From Kiritimatiellia bacterium (GTDB lineage Bacteria; Verrucomicrobiota; Kiritimatiellia; RFP12; DVOR01), in NCBI GenBank assembly GCA_031553315.1, contig JAVBLT010000020.1:20856-84855 (forward strand): a DNA stretch of 64,000 bases, written 5' to 3'. Position numbers and translations under genes: made by a program. Below the pieces are notes generated by a model. That model was given only the letters and a program-made list of their open reading frames with translations. It was not told the origin of the DNA and made no database searches. Shown here piece by piece: positions 1 to 9,875 of the stretch; position 1 is the first letter of the stretch; every line of letters begins with the position of its first letter.

Positions 1-1
1 G

Positions 2-1048
2 CGCACCCTCGAAACCCAGCTCGAAGGCAAACGCGGCGCCGGCGTGGCGCTCGACCCGCGCAACGGCGACGTGCTCGCCATGGCCAGCTCCCCCGCCTTC
101 GACCTTTCCGACATGGTGCCCTTCATCACCTCCGCCGTGTGGAACCGCCTCAACACCGACCCCGCCAGGCCTCTGCTCAACCGCGCCGTGCAGGGGCTGT
201 ACCCCCCGGGGAGCGTCTTCAAACCCTTCACGGCCCTCGCCGCGCTCAAATCCGGCATTCCGGACGACTGGAATCACTTTTGCGACGGCCGTTTCAAGCT
301 GGGCAACCATTTTACCCTGCGTTGCGCCAGCCGCCACGGCCACGGCGAAGTGGCCCTTCACGCGGCGCTCGCCCAATCGTGCAACCCCTATTTTTGCGCC
401 GTGGCCAATGAAATCGGCTTCACGCCCATCTTCACCGTGGCGCGCGACGCGGGCTTCGGCGCGCTCACCGGAATCGACCTCGACGGCGAGCTGCCCGGCC
501 GCCTTCCCACGCCCGAGTGGAAGAAAAACCGAGGCGAGTATTGGGTTCCGGGCGACACCTGCCAGATTTCCATCGGGCAGGGCGCCCTCACCGCCACGCC
601 GCTCCAGGTTGCCTCCGCCATCGGCGCGATCGCCATGTACGGTCGCGTGATGAAGCCCCGCCTTGTGGCCGGAACCGTGAAAAACGGCGTGGTGGAGCGC
701 GAGATCGCCTGGCCGCGGAAAGACGTGAGCAAAGTGATCAACGGCATGATCGGCGTGGCCGAAAACGGCACCGGCCGCCGGGTGAGGCTCGAGGGGATTC
801 AGGTCGCCGCAAAAACCGGCTCCGCCGAATACAACATCGCACCCGGCGACCGCCGCAAACACACCTGGGTCGCCGCCTTCGCGCCGGCGCAAAACCCTGA
901 AATCGTCGTCGCCGTCGTCATTGAAGACGGTCAATCCGGCGGTCTCACCACCGCGCCCCTCGTGCGCAACGTGCTCGCCGCCCATTTCGGCGCCGCCGCG
1001 GCATCCGCCGCCGAACCGCGCGCCATCGGACTGGAGGCCGACGACTGA
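2..1048 (+). CDS. mrdA: Penicillin-binding protein 2 (transpeptidase domain), 5' truncated by the window edge
   Basis: Frame is open from base 2. SxxK (GSVFK), SxN (SCN) and KTG (KTGS) motifs present. Stop overlaps the rodA start. Confidence 0.92.
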   Translation, partial: RTLETQLEGKRGAGVALDPRNGDVLAMASSPAFDLSDMVPFITSAVWNRLNTDPARPLLNRAVQGLYPPGSVFKPFTALAALKSGIPDDWNHFCDGRFKLGNHFTLRCASRHGHGEVALHAALAQSCNPYFCAVANEIGFTPIFTVARDAGFGALTGIDLDGELPGRLPTPEWKKNRGEYWVPGDTCQISIGQGALTATPLQVASAIGAIAMYGRVMKPRLVAGTVKNGVVEREIAWPRKDVSKVINGMIGVAENGTGRRVRLEGIQVAAKTGSAEYNIAPGDRRKHTWVAAFAPAQNPEIVVAVVIEDGQSGGLTTAPLVRNVLAAHFGAAAASAAEPRAIGLEADD

Positions 1049-2244
1049 TGAACGCCCTCCTCTCCCGCCTCGCTTTTGTGCTCCGGCGCCTCAACTACAC
1101 CCTCCTCGCCTCCTCCGCGCTGCTGGCCGCCACCGGCGTGTGCTTCGTGCGCAGCGCCGCCTCCGTGCGCCAGGGCGAGCTTCAGTTTCTTTACATGGAG
1201 CACCTCCAGTTTGCGATTGCGGGCCTCGTCATCATGCTCGCGACCGCCTGCGTGAATTACCGCAGCGTGATCCGCTTCGCGCCCCTGTTCTATGCGGGCA
1301 CGATTGCCGCGCTTGTGGCCGTGCTGTTTATCGGCACCTGGATTATGGGCGCGCGCCGCTGGCTCTTCGGCATTCAGCCTTCGGAAGTGGCGAAGATCGC
1401 GGTCGTGGCGCTGCTGGCCTACCTGCTGGGCCATTTCCGAAACAAACTGCAAGGCTTCAAAGGGTTTGCCGCGTGCGGCCTGATTGTGGCGCTGCCGGCG
1501 GGGCTGATCCTGCTCCAGCCCGATCTGGGCACGGCGATCGTGCTGGCGCCGACCTTTCTGGCGATGCTCTTCACGGCCAACATCGCGCCGCGCATCTTCT
1601 GGCCGCTGATTTTCACGGGCGTGGCCGCCACGCTCTTCGTGCTGGGCGCGATCTACACCGCCAACGTGATGCCGCTCTCCGAGGCGGAGCGCGAAAGGCG
1701 CATCAACGCCACCTTCCTCCGCAAGCACCAGGTGGAGCGCGTGGAGGTGTTTCTCTTTCCGGACCGGATGATTCACGACGAAGGCTACAACGCCCGCCAG
1801 TCTGAAATCGCCGTGGGTTCCGGAGGTTGGACCGGAAAAGGTTACCTGAAAGGCGACCAGAACATGCTGGGGTACCTCCCGCCCTCGGTGTCGGCCAACG
1901 ATTTCATTTTCCCTGTTTTAGCGGAAGAGACGGGATTTGTCGGTTCAGTGGCGCTCCTGCTGCTGTTTCTGGGCGGAATTTTCGTGCCCGGGATCATTGT
2001 GGGGGCTCGTTGTGCGGATGATACGGGAAAATTACTCTGTGTTGGAATAACAACCTTGATGTTCTGCCATATGTTTATTAACATAGCGATGACAGTGAGA
2101 TTGGTTCCGATCACGGGGTTGCCTCTGCCGTTTATCAGCTACGGAGGCACCTTCATGCTCACAATGATGTTTGCTGTAGGAATTGTTCAGAGCGTCGCGG
2201 TCTACGGCCGCGAGCAGGAACATGTGTTTATAAGGACAGAATGA
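1048..2244 (+). CDS. rodA: Rod shape-determining protein RodA (SEDS family)
   Basis: Multi-TM protein with GARRW, QPSE, LQPDLGT, AVGSGG and TGLPLPFISYGG motifs; directly after PBP2. Confidence 0.93.
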   Translation: MNALLSRLAFVLRRLNYTLLASSALLAATGVCFVRSAASVRQGELQFLYMEHLQFAIAGLVIMLATACVNYRSVIRFAPLFYAGTIAALVAVLFIGTWIMGARRWLFGIQPSEVAKIAVVALLAYLLGHFRNKLQGFKGFAACGLIVALPAGLILLQPDLGTAIVLAPTFLAMLFTANIAPRIFWPLIFTGVAATLFVLGAIYTANVMPLSEAERERRINATFLRKHQVERVEVFLFPDRMIHDEGYNARQSEIAVGSGGWTGKGYLKGDQNMLGYLPPSVSANDFIFPVLAEETGFVGSVALLLLFLGGIFVPGIIVGARCADDTGKLLCVGITTLMFCHMFINIAMTVRLVPITGLPLPFISYGGTFMLTMMFAVGIVQSVAVYGREQEHVFIRTE

Positions 2245-2293
2245 GATGCGCATAGGCGAAACAGTTTGCGATTTCCTGCGCGAAGGAGGAAAA

Positions 2294-3874
2294 ATGTTCG
2301 GTTGGTTGTTCAGAAGAAACTCGAAGAAACGCGAGATTGTGGTTAACGTTGAAAAGCTCGAAACCCGCGTGGCCGTGGTTGAAAACGGCCGCGTGGAGGA
2401 ATTCCAGGTCGAGCACCCCACGGAAGAGCGCCTGGTGGGCTGCGTCTTCAAAGGCCGCATCCAGAACCTGGAGCACGACCTTCAGGCGGCCTTTGTCGAC
2501 ATCGGCCTCAAGAAAAACGCCTTTCTCCATTACTGGGACATGATCCCCGATGAAGACAGCATGCTCGATGAAGACGAGGAATCGCGCCCCTCCCGCCGCC
2601 GCCGCGTGTCGAACGACGACATCTCCAAACGCTTTCCCCCCGGATCCGAGATCGTCGTTCAGGTCACCAAAGGCGCCATCGGCACCAAAGGCCCGCGCGT
2701 GACGGCGAACCTCAGCCTGCCCGGCCGTTACCTCGTGATGATGCCCGGCTGCAAGACCACGCGCGGCGTCTCCCGCAAAATCGCCGACGCGAAGGAACGC
2801 TCCCGCCTCAAGAAAATCATCGACCGCCTGCCCCTGCCCGAAGGCGTCGGCCTCATCGTCCGCACCGTCGGCTCCGGCGCCAACCAGCGCGCCTTCGCCC
2901 GCGACCTGCGCAACATCCTCGACGTGTGGGCCACGCTCCAGAAAAACATCCAGGAAATGCGCGCCCCCGCCTGCGTGTATCAGGAACCCGACCTCGTGGA
3001 GCGCGTAGTCCGCGATTGGCTTACGGAAGACATCGACCGCGTGGTGATCGACGACGCCGAAGCCTTTGACCGCATCCGCGAAGTGGCCGGCCGCATTTCC
3101 CGCCGCGCCCGCCGCGTGATCACCCACTACGAAGGCCACCTGCCCATCTTCGACCACTACGGCGTGGAACGCCAGATGGAAGAAGCCTTCCGCCGCAAGG
3201 TCAACCTCAAGTCGGGCGGGTACCTCGTGATCGACGAGACCGAGGCGCTCATCGCCATCGACGTGAACACCGGCCGCCACCGCGGCAAGGGCTCGCAGGA
3301 AGACGCGATTCTGGAGGTCAACTCCGAGGCCGTGGAAGAAGTCGCCCGCCAGCTTCGCCTGCGCAACATCGGCGGCCTCGTGGTTCTCGACCTGATCGAC
3401 ATGAAGAGCCGCAAATCGCAGAACCAGATCTACAAGACCATGAAAGCCGCCCTCAAGCGCGACCGCGCCCGCACCAACGTGCTGCCCATCTCCGAGCTCG
3501 GGCTCATGGAAATGACCCGCCAGCGCCAGGAAGAAAGCCTGCTCTCGCAGATGTATTCCGACTGCCCGTATTGCCGCGGCCACGGCGTGATCAAATCGCC
3601 CCTCGCCCTCAGCGTCGACATTCAGCGGCAGATCACCGCCATCATGCGCAAAGTGCAGCACGACCCCGGCGCCACCGAGCTCCAGGTGCTCATCGCCCCT
3701 GTGGTGCTCGACCGCCTGCGCAATGAGGATGAAGCCATGCTGGTCGATATGCAGAAGCGTTACGATGGCCGCCTGACCTTTAAATCGGAAGCCAGCCGCC
3801 ACCCCGAATCCTTCGCCATCCTCGATAAAAACGGGAAGATTCTCCACTCCGTGGATAAAGACCGCAACGTTTAA
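2294..3874 (+). CDS. rng: Ribonuclease G/E family (RNase G size)
   Basis: S1 domain (AAFVDIG), IDVNTG, LRNIGGLVVLDLIDM and CPYC Zn-link. ATG at 2294 chosen because of the AGGAGG RBS. Confidence 0.9.
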   Translation: MFGWLFRRNSKKREIVVNVEKLETRVAVVENGRVEEFQVEHPTEERLVGCVFKGRIQNLEHDLQAAFVDIGLKKNAFLHYWDMIPDEDSMLDEDEESRPSRRRRVSNDDISKRFPPGSEIVVQVTKGAIGTKGPRVTANLSLPGRYLVMMPGCKTTRGVSRKIADAKERSRLKKIIDRLPLPEGVGLIVRTVGSGANQRAFARDLRNILDVWATLQKNIQEMRAPACVYQEPDLVERVVRDWLTEDIDRVVIDDAEAFDRIREVAGRISRRARRVITHYEGHLPIFDHYGVERQMEEAFRRKVNLKSGGYLVIDETEALIAIDVNTGRHRGKGSQEDAILEVNSEAVEEVARQLRLRNIGGLVVLDLIDMKSRKSQNQIYKTMKAALKRDRARTNVLPISELGLMEMTRQRQEESLLSQMYSDCPYCRGHGVIKSPLALSVDIQRQITAIMRKVQHDPGATELQVLIAPVVLDRLRNEDEAMLVDMQKRYDGRLTFKSEASRHPESFAILDKNGKILHSVDKDRNV

Positions 3875-3931
3875 TCCTCACGACCGCCGCACGGCGCCCC
3901 CGCCGTGCGGCCTTCGCCGGAAGGAATGCGC

Positions 3932-6262
3932 ATGAAAGCCTTCGCCACTCTCCTCTGCGGCCTCTTTGCCCTCGCCGCCGCCACAGCCGCAAACCCCACT
4001 CTCGTTAAATCCGAGCTGCTTGATCTCATCAAAACCCGGCAAACGGCGAGCAATGTGGAAATGACCGCCGATACCTTGACCGGCGACCAGAAAACCGGCT
4101 GGTTCGAGCTCAGGAAAAACGCCGCCGTCAACTTCGGCCTCTACACGCTTCATGCCGACCGCGTGCGTGTGAACCGCGGCTCGGGCGAAATCGAAGCTGC
4201 GGGCAACGTCAGCATCGAATCCAAGGATTCCGGCAGCTGGAAGGGCGACAGCATCGCCTTCAACTACAAGACCGGCGAAGGTCTTATTTCCGACGGCACC
4301 TTCCGTTTTTCCGCCTTCACCGTCAACATGCGCAACGTGAAGCGCTCCCCCCTCGGCGTCTACACCGCCGAAGACCTCGCGATCACCAGCTGCACCAACG
4401 CCCCCTCCGCCTGGCACTGGCACGTCTCCGGCGCCGGCGAGTATGAGCATGAGCAGTATGTGAAAGTGACCGATGCCGTGCCCCACTTCCTCGGCGTGCC
4501 CATCGGCTGGATGCCCTGGTTCTACCGCGATTTCGCCAATCACTACGGCCTGCGCCTCACCCCCGGCTACACCTCCCGCTGGGGCGCCTACCTCCAAAGC
4601 GGCTACGTCTACCCCATCGCCGGCAACGCCGCCACCCCCGCCGAGCTCTACGGCAAAACCCGGGTCGACTACCGCACCAGCCGCGGCCTGGGCGCCGGCC
4701 AGGAGCTCACCTGGCGCGGCGAGCGCTACAACCTCAGCGGCCGCCTCGAATTCTACTGGGCCCACGACCTGGATCTCCCCGACCAGAAGCTGTATCACAA
4801 CTGGATGTCGCCCATGCACGAGGATCGTTACCGCGTGGCCCTCTATAACCGCGCCGACCTCACCCCGCGCGATTCCATCCGCATTCACGGCGAGTATGTG
4901 AGCGACTCCGAATTCCGCGGCGATTTCCTCGAACGCTACGCCCGCCGCTATGCCCAGCCCCTCAACCAGGCCTCCTACGAACACCGCGCCGCCGACACCG
5001 CCTCCGGTCTCACCGTCTCCGGCCCCCTCAACGCCTTCTACGCCGGCGTGCAGCGCCTCCCCGAAGCCTGGGTCTCCCTCATGCCTGTGACCTTCGGCAT
5101 TCCCGACCTCTATTACGATGCCGATATCCGCCTCGGCTGGCTCGCCCGCCAACCCGGAAAATACGCCGACGCCGAGCCCCAATACCGCTACACCCCCGGC
5201 CCCTGGGCCGATTACGACACCGCCCGCCTCGACATGCGCCAGTTCATCCGCCGGCCCTTCCGCCTCATGGAAGGCGTCGCCCTCACCCCCCGCATCGGCT
5301 GGCGCGGCACCTACTACTCCGATTCCGACACCCCCCGCTCCGACCTCTTCCGATCCTATTTCGAATTCGGCGCCCTCCTCTCCGCCGAAGCCTATGCCGA
5401 CTACAATTCCCTCCGCCACACCATCCGCCCCTACATCGACTGGGCCTGGATCCCCAAAGTCACCGGTCTCACCGAAGGCGACAATTATGCCTTCGACCGC
5501 GCCGACGCCTCCTACGAATGGCGCGACCAGTTCGGCCAAGACGGTCTCTACGCCCCCCATGAATACCACGGCCTGCGCTTGGGCCTGCGCAACCTCCTCC
5601 AGGATCGCGCCCTCTACACCCCCCGCTCCCTGATCGACTGGGACCTCTACGCCGCCTGCGTCTTCCAAAACGGTTACGACAACTGGCTCTACACCGGCCG
5701 CGACCCCCAGCCTGCCGGTGAAACGGTTCACGAAAAGCGCGATACCGGCTGGCGCCTCCTCGGAACCCGCATGGCCTGGAACCCCTCCAAAACCCTCACC
5801 TTCAACACCACCTTCGAATACGACCCCGAAAACAACGCCGTCGCCCTCTTCGATTTCCACACCCGCCTCAACCTCAGCGATTTCACCGTCTACGCCGGCT
5901 ACCTCAGCCGCGATCACGACGTCTACGACTACCGCTGGCGCGACCATTTGGAAGACATCATCGCCTACGGCGGCTTCATTCACCGCCTCTCCGATGCCTG
6001 GGGCTGGTCCCTCTACACCCGCTACAACCTCGACCGCAACGACCTTGAAGAAGTCGGCGGGTTCATTCAATACAGCCTCGACTGCATCACCTTCCGCATC
6101 GTCTCCTCCTACATGCCCTCCTACATCGCCTCCGACCACACGAAATACGACAGCGATTTCCGCATCGGCTTCAACGTGTGGCTCCGTGAGCGCCCCTCCC
6201 GATCCCATGAAGACTGGATGACCTGGGGCGGCATGTATAAGGAAGACGACATGATGGATTGA
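3932..6262 (+). CDS. lptD: LPS-assembly protein LptD
   Basis: Signal peptide, OstA-like N-domain (LHADRV..AAGNV, ITSC, GVPIGWMPW) and an aromatic-rich beta-barrel region. Confidence 0.8.
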   Translation: MKAFATLLCGLFALAAATAANPTLVKSELLDLIKTRQTASNVEMTADTLTGDQKTGWFELRKNAAVNFGLYTLHADRVRVNRGSGEIEAAGNVSIESKDSGSWKGDSIAFNYKTGEGLISDGTFRFSAFTVNMRNVKRSPLGVYTAEDLAITSCTNAPSAWHWHVSGAGEYEHEQYVKVTDAVPHFLGVPIGWMPWFYRDFANHYGLRLTPGYTSRWGAYLQSGYVYPIAGNAATPAELYGKTRVDYRTSRGLGAGQELTWRGERYNLSGRLEFYWAHDLDLPDQKLYHNWMSPMHEDRYRVALYNRADLTPRDSIRIHGEYVSDSEFRGDFLERYARRYAQPLNQASYEHRAADTASGLTVSGPLNAFYAGVQRLPEAWVSLMPVTFGIPDLYYDADIRLGWLARQPGKYADAEPQYRYTPGPWADYDTARLDMRQFIRRPFRLMEGVALTPRIGWRGTYYSDSDTPRSDLFRSYFEFGALLSAEAYADYNSLRHTIRPYIDWAWIPKVTGLTEGDNYAFDRADASYEWRDQFGQDGLYAPHEYHGLRLGLRNLLQDRALYTPRSLIDWDLYAACVFQNGYDNWLYTGRDPQPAGETVHEKRDTGWRLLGTRMAWNPSKTLTFNTTFEYDPENNAVALFDFHTRLNLSDFTVYAGYLSRDHDVYDYRWRDHLEDIIAYGGFIHRLSDAWGWSLYTRYNLDRNDLEEVGGFIQYSLDCITFRIVSSYMPSYIASDHTKYDSDFRIGFNVWLRERPSRSHEDWMTWGGMYKEDDMMD

Positions 6263-6277
6263 TCGCTCTCCCGCGCG

Positions 6278-6324
6278 AAAAGCAAGCGGCCCTTTCCGGT
6301 TGCGGAAAGAGCCGTTTGCTTTTT
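6278..6324. terminator. Bidirectional intrinsic terminator
   Basis: aaaagcaagcggccctttccg-gttg-cggaaagagccgtttgctttt between converging genes. Confidence 0.8.
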
Positions 6325-6339
6325 GAAACGAGCCAAGGG

Positions 6340-6768
6340 TCACTCCCTGAATGAGCAGATCATGGAGCCCTGAGCCTGTTCAACGCGCAGCGTGTTGACA
6401 TCGAGCCTGTAGATGCCGCCGCGGCTGGTTTCGATGCGCAAAGCGGAATCGTTCTCGAAATTGAGCTTTGAAATGGAATCCGTTTCGCCGCAGTGGCCGC
6501 CGCTTTTCGTACAGGCATGGCGGACAACGTAAATCTGCCTGTTCCAGATGGGCAGGTCTGTATGCAGCCAGTAAGCCTCCAGGCAGCCCTCCTGCTCGGC
6601 CGGGAGGTATTCGATGCCGTTTCTCACCGCTTTGACCGGGGCCTTTCCCGCAAGATCGTAATACGCCGCGAAAAGAGGCAGAAACGCCAGCGCGATAATC
6701 GCCGCGATGCCCAGAACCGTGAACCCCGCGCTGAGCGGGGATGTCGGGCCTTGGTTGGAAAAAAGCAT
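6340..6768 (-). CDS. Hypothetical membrane-anchored protein
   Basis: ATG at 6768 with AGGAG RBS; one N-terminal hydrophobic helix; downstream of the SDR gene. Confidence 0.6.
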   Translation of the reverse strand: MLFSNQGPTSPLSAGFTVLGIAAIIALAFLPLFAAYYDLAGKAPVKAVRNGIEYLPAEQEGCLEAYWLHTDLPIWNRQIYVVRHACTKSGGHCGETDSISKLNFENDSALRIETSRGGIYRLDVNTLRVEQAQGSMICSFRE

Positions 6769-6815
6769 GGCTTTCTCCTTCCTTTTCAATCGAAAGCCGC
6801 TCTGATGGCGGCCTC

Positions 6816-7589
6816 TTACAGAATCGTGTACCCTCCGTCGACCACCAGGTCGGAACCCGTCGCGAAGAGAGAAGCGTCGGAAGCGAAGTAAACGAAGGCC
6901 CCGATGAGGTCTTCGGGGAAGCCCAGGCGGCTGCCTTCGGGCATCTTGGCGGCCCAGATGGGGAGCATGTCTTTCAGCGTGGCGATGAGATCGGTCTGGA
7001 TGTAGCCCGGGCTCACGCAGTTCACGCGGATGCCGTACTTGGCCCACTCCACGGCGAGCGCCTTGGTCAGGTGCAGCACGCCGGCCTTGGCGGCGCAGTA
7101 GTTGGCGATGGTCTGGGGCACGTTGATGATGTGGGCCGACATGGAGGCCGTGCTGATGATCGAGCCGCGGTTGCCGCGCTTGCGCATGAGCCTGGCGGCG
7201 GCCTGGGCGGTGAAAAACACGCCGTTGAGGTTCACGTCGATCACGCGTTTGAAGGTGGCGGGGTCGATGTCGATGGCGGGGTCGCCGGTGAAAATGCCGG
7301 CGTTGTTCACGGCGAAATCGAGCTGGCCGAAGTCTTTTTCATAACCGGCGATCATCGCGTCTACGCTGGCGGGGTCGGTCACGTTGCAGGCGTAGGCGAT
7401 CACTTTGCGGCCGGTGGCCTGGGCGATCTCGGCGGCGGTGGTTTGGGCGAGCCCGATGTTCATGTCCACCACGGCCACATTGGCGCCGAGCTCGGCGAAG
7501 GCTCTGGCGAGGGTCTTGCCGATGCCTTGGGCGCCGCCGGTGATGAAGCCTTGTTTGCCTTCGAGCGAGAAGAGTTTTTTAACGTCCAT
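6816..7589 (-). CDS. SDR family oxidoreductase (polyol/ketose reductase-like)
   Basis: TGGAQGIG, NNAG and YxxxK (YCAAK) motifs. SMSAHIINVPQ resembles sorbose reductase/arabinitol dehydrogenase-type SDRs. Confidence 0.88.
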   Translation of the reverse strand: MDVKKLFSLEGKQGFITGGAQGIGKTLARAFAELGANVAVVDMNIGLAQTTAAEIAQATGRKVIAYACNVTDPASVDAMIAGYEKDFGQLDFAVNNAGIFTGDPAIDIDPATFKRVIDVNLNGVFFTAQAAARLMRKRGNRGSIISTASMSAHIINVPQTIANYCAAKAGVLHLTKALAVEWAKYGIRVNCVSPGYIQTDLIATLKDMLPIWAAKMPEGSRLGFPEDLIGAFVYFASDASLFATGSDLVVDGGYTIL

Positions 7590-7607
7590 TGTGTTGAGTC
7601 TCCTGTT

Positions 7608-9116
7608 TTACCATTGGGTTTGTTCAATACGGTCGCCGACGTCGGAACAGATGTCGGAAAGCGTTTGGAAGAGGGGGAGGATGCGGCCGTAGGCGGCGCT
7701 GCGGCCGGGGTCGGGGGCGATGCGGCTCTTCTCGGCGTGAAGGGCGGTCACGGGGGAGAAATCGCTCCAGATTCCGGTTCCCACGGCCGCGAGGGCGGCG
7801 GCGCCGAGGGAGCCGGCATCCTGGCCCACGCCGGTTTCGATGATGTCTTTGGCGTAGATGTCGGCGAAGAGCGAGCGCCAGAAGGGGCTTTTGCCGCCGC
7901 CGCCCACGATGAGCATGTCGGGAGAGAGGGCGGCGGTGTAGCCGGCCATTACGTCGAGCGCGAGGCGCAGGTTGAGGCAGATGCCTTCAAGCGTGGCGCG
8001 GATGATGTCGCCCTGCGTGTGGCTGAGCGTGAGCCCCAGGTAAGCGCCTTTGATGCGGGGCGATTTGTCGAGGCTCGACCCGCCGGCGAGGCTGGGGTTG
8101 AATATGAGGCGGTTGGATCCGGGGGGCGCTTCGCGGGCGAGTGTTTCCATGCCGCTGTAATCGAGGTTCCGGCAAAGCGTGTCGCGTAGCCAGCGGAAGG
8201 AGCTCCCGGCGGCGAAGATGGCGGTGGACGACACGAACATGCCCGGAACGGCATGGGTGAACACATAGGGCCGGCGGGCGCGGTCGACGATGGGGGCGTG
8301 GCCGGAAACGGCGATCCAGGCGGAGGAGCCGACCGAGGTGTAGGCCATGCCGTCGGCCACGCACCCGGCGCCGAGCGCCATGCAGGCGTTGTCGACGCCG
8401 CCGCAGACGACCTGCACGCCGGTATGGAGCCCAAGGGCCTGGGCGGCGGTTTCGGTGAGCGTGCCGATGACTTGGGCTGAGGGTTCGAGCGCCGGGAATT
8501 TGGCGGGGTCGATGCCGGAGGCGGCAATGAACCCTTCGCGGTAACCCCAGGCTTTGAGATCGTAGACGCCGCTGCCGGAGGCGTAGGAGTAATCGGAGCA
8601 GAGGCGGCCCGTGAGGAGGAAGTTGATGTAATCCTTGGTGCCGACGAATTGTTTGGCGGCGGCGTAGAGCTCGGGGTGGTTGTCTTTGTACCACATGAGC
8701 TTGAACACGGAGTAGAGGTGGGCGGGGAAGCCGTTGCCGGTGGCGAGATACCAGTCGCTTTCGTCGACGGTTTCAAAGAAGCGGGCGGCCTGGGCGGTGG
8801 CGCGGGCATCGGACCAGATGGGGGTGCGGTCGGCGAGGAGGGCGCCGTCGGCCCCGATGGGGATGATGCCCAGGCTGTGCCCCGAAACGCCGATGGCGCG
8901 GATGGCCTCCGCGGCGACCGGGTGCTTTTCGAGCACCTGGCGGGTGGATTGAACAATGGCGGCCCACCAGTCGTTGGGGTTTTGCTCGTGAAAACCGGGC
9001 CGGGGGTAATGGGTTTCGTAGGAGATGAAAGCGTCGGCGAGGGTGGCGCCGGTCTCATCGTGAAGCGAGGCCTTGGCGCCGCCGGTGCCCAGATCGTAGG
9101 CGAGGATGTAGGTCAC
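7608..9116 (-). CDS. FGGY-family carbohydrate kinase (xylulokinase-like)
   Basis: DLGTGG, WSDAR, DYSYASG and GGGGKS motifs. GTG start overlaps the deoC stop. Confidence 0.88.
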   Translation of the reverse strand: MTYILAYDLGTGGAKASLHDETGATLADAFISYETHYPRPGFHEQNPNDWWAAIVQSTRQVLEKHPVAAEAIRAIGVSGHSLGIIPIGADGALLADRTPIWSDARATAQAARFFETVDESDWYLATGNGFPAHLYSVFKLMWYKDNHPELYAAAKQFVGTKDYINFLLTGRLCSDYSYASGSGVYDLKAWGYREGFIAASGIDPAKFPALEPSAQVIGTLTETAAQALGLHTGVQVVCGGVDNACMALGAGCVADGMAYTSVGSSAWIAVSGHAPIVDRARRPYVFTHAVPGMFVSSTAIFAAGSSFRWLRDTLCRNLDYSGMETLAREAPPGSNRLIFNPSLAGGSSLDKSPRIKGAYLGLTLSHTQGDIIRATLEGICLNLRLALDVMAGYTAALSPDMLIVGGGGKSPFWRSLFADIYAKDIIETGVGQDAGSLGAAALAAVGTGIWSDFSPVTALHAEKSRIAPDPGRSAAYGRILPLFQTLSDICSDVGDRIEQTQW

Positions 9117-9808
9117 GGCTGCTTCTCCTGAAGGCGGGTTTCGACTTCTTTCATCACGTCGAGCGCGGTGGATATGCCCAGGCCGAAGCGTTCGCAGCCC
9201 GCGTCGATCATCGCGAGCACGGCGTCGAGCCCGCGGACGCCGCCCGCGGCTTTGATTTTGGCGCAGTCGCCCACCGCCGCTTTCATCACGCGGATGGTCT
9301 CGACGGTGGTCGGCTTGGCCGCCCACCCGGTGCCGCTTTTGACGAAGGTGACGCCGGCCCTGACGGCGATTTCGCAGGCGCGGGCGATTTCCTCATCGGT
9401 GAGATACGCGATTTCGAGGATGGATTTCACGGGGGTGCCGCCGGCGGCTTCCACAACGGCGCGGATGTCGGCATAGACCGCATCGTCCATGCCCGATTTC
9501 AGCGCGCCCACGTTGATGACCATATCGAGCTCGGTGGCTCCGGCCTTGAGCATTTCGCGCGCCTGGAAGACCTTCACTTCGGTGGTGTCGGCGCCGGAGG
9601 GGAAGCCGACCACGCCGCCGATGGCGATGTCGGGGTAAGCCTTGAGCTTTTCCGCGAGGTAGGCGGTGAAGCAGGGCATGGCGAAGGCGCACACAAAGCG
9701 GTATTTCGCGGCGGCGGCGGCGATCTGGTCGATTTCGTCGCGGGTGACGTTGGCGCGAACGCCGCTGATGTCGATTAAACGGGGAAGGGTGGTCAAATCA
9801 AAACGCAT
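9113..9808 (-). CDS. deoC: Deoxyribose-phosphate aldolase family protein
   Basis: VVGFPSG, ELDMVIN, KSILE, FVKSGTG and KAAGGVR motifs. Confidence 0.85.
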   Translation of the reverse strand: MRFDLTTLPRLIDISGVRANVTRDEIDQIAAAAAKYRFVCAFAMPCFTAYLAEKLKAYPDIAIGGVVGFPSGADTTEVKVFQAREMLKAGATELDMVINVGALKSGMDDAVYADIRAVVEAAGGTPVKSILEIAYLTDEEIARACEIAVRAGVTFVKSGTGWAAKPTTVETIRVMKAAVGDCAKIKAAGGVRGLDAVLAMIDAGCERFGLGISTALDVMKEVETRLQEKQP

Positions 9809-9875
9809 ACAAAACCTCATTTCATTTTTCATTAGTGTAGCGCCGGAGAGGAAAAGAGTCAAACCTCTTTTCCGG

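Noticed and set aside
2228-6343. Long antisense ORFs (2228-3847, 3878-6343, and similar ones such as 41305-43761 and 47226-49430)
   Set aside because: Shadow frames produced by strong C-ending codon bias of the real genes on the opposite strand; no family motifs.
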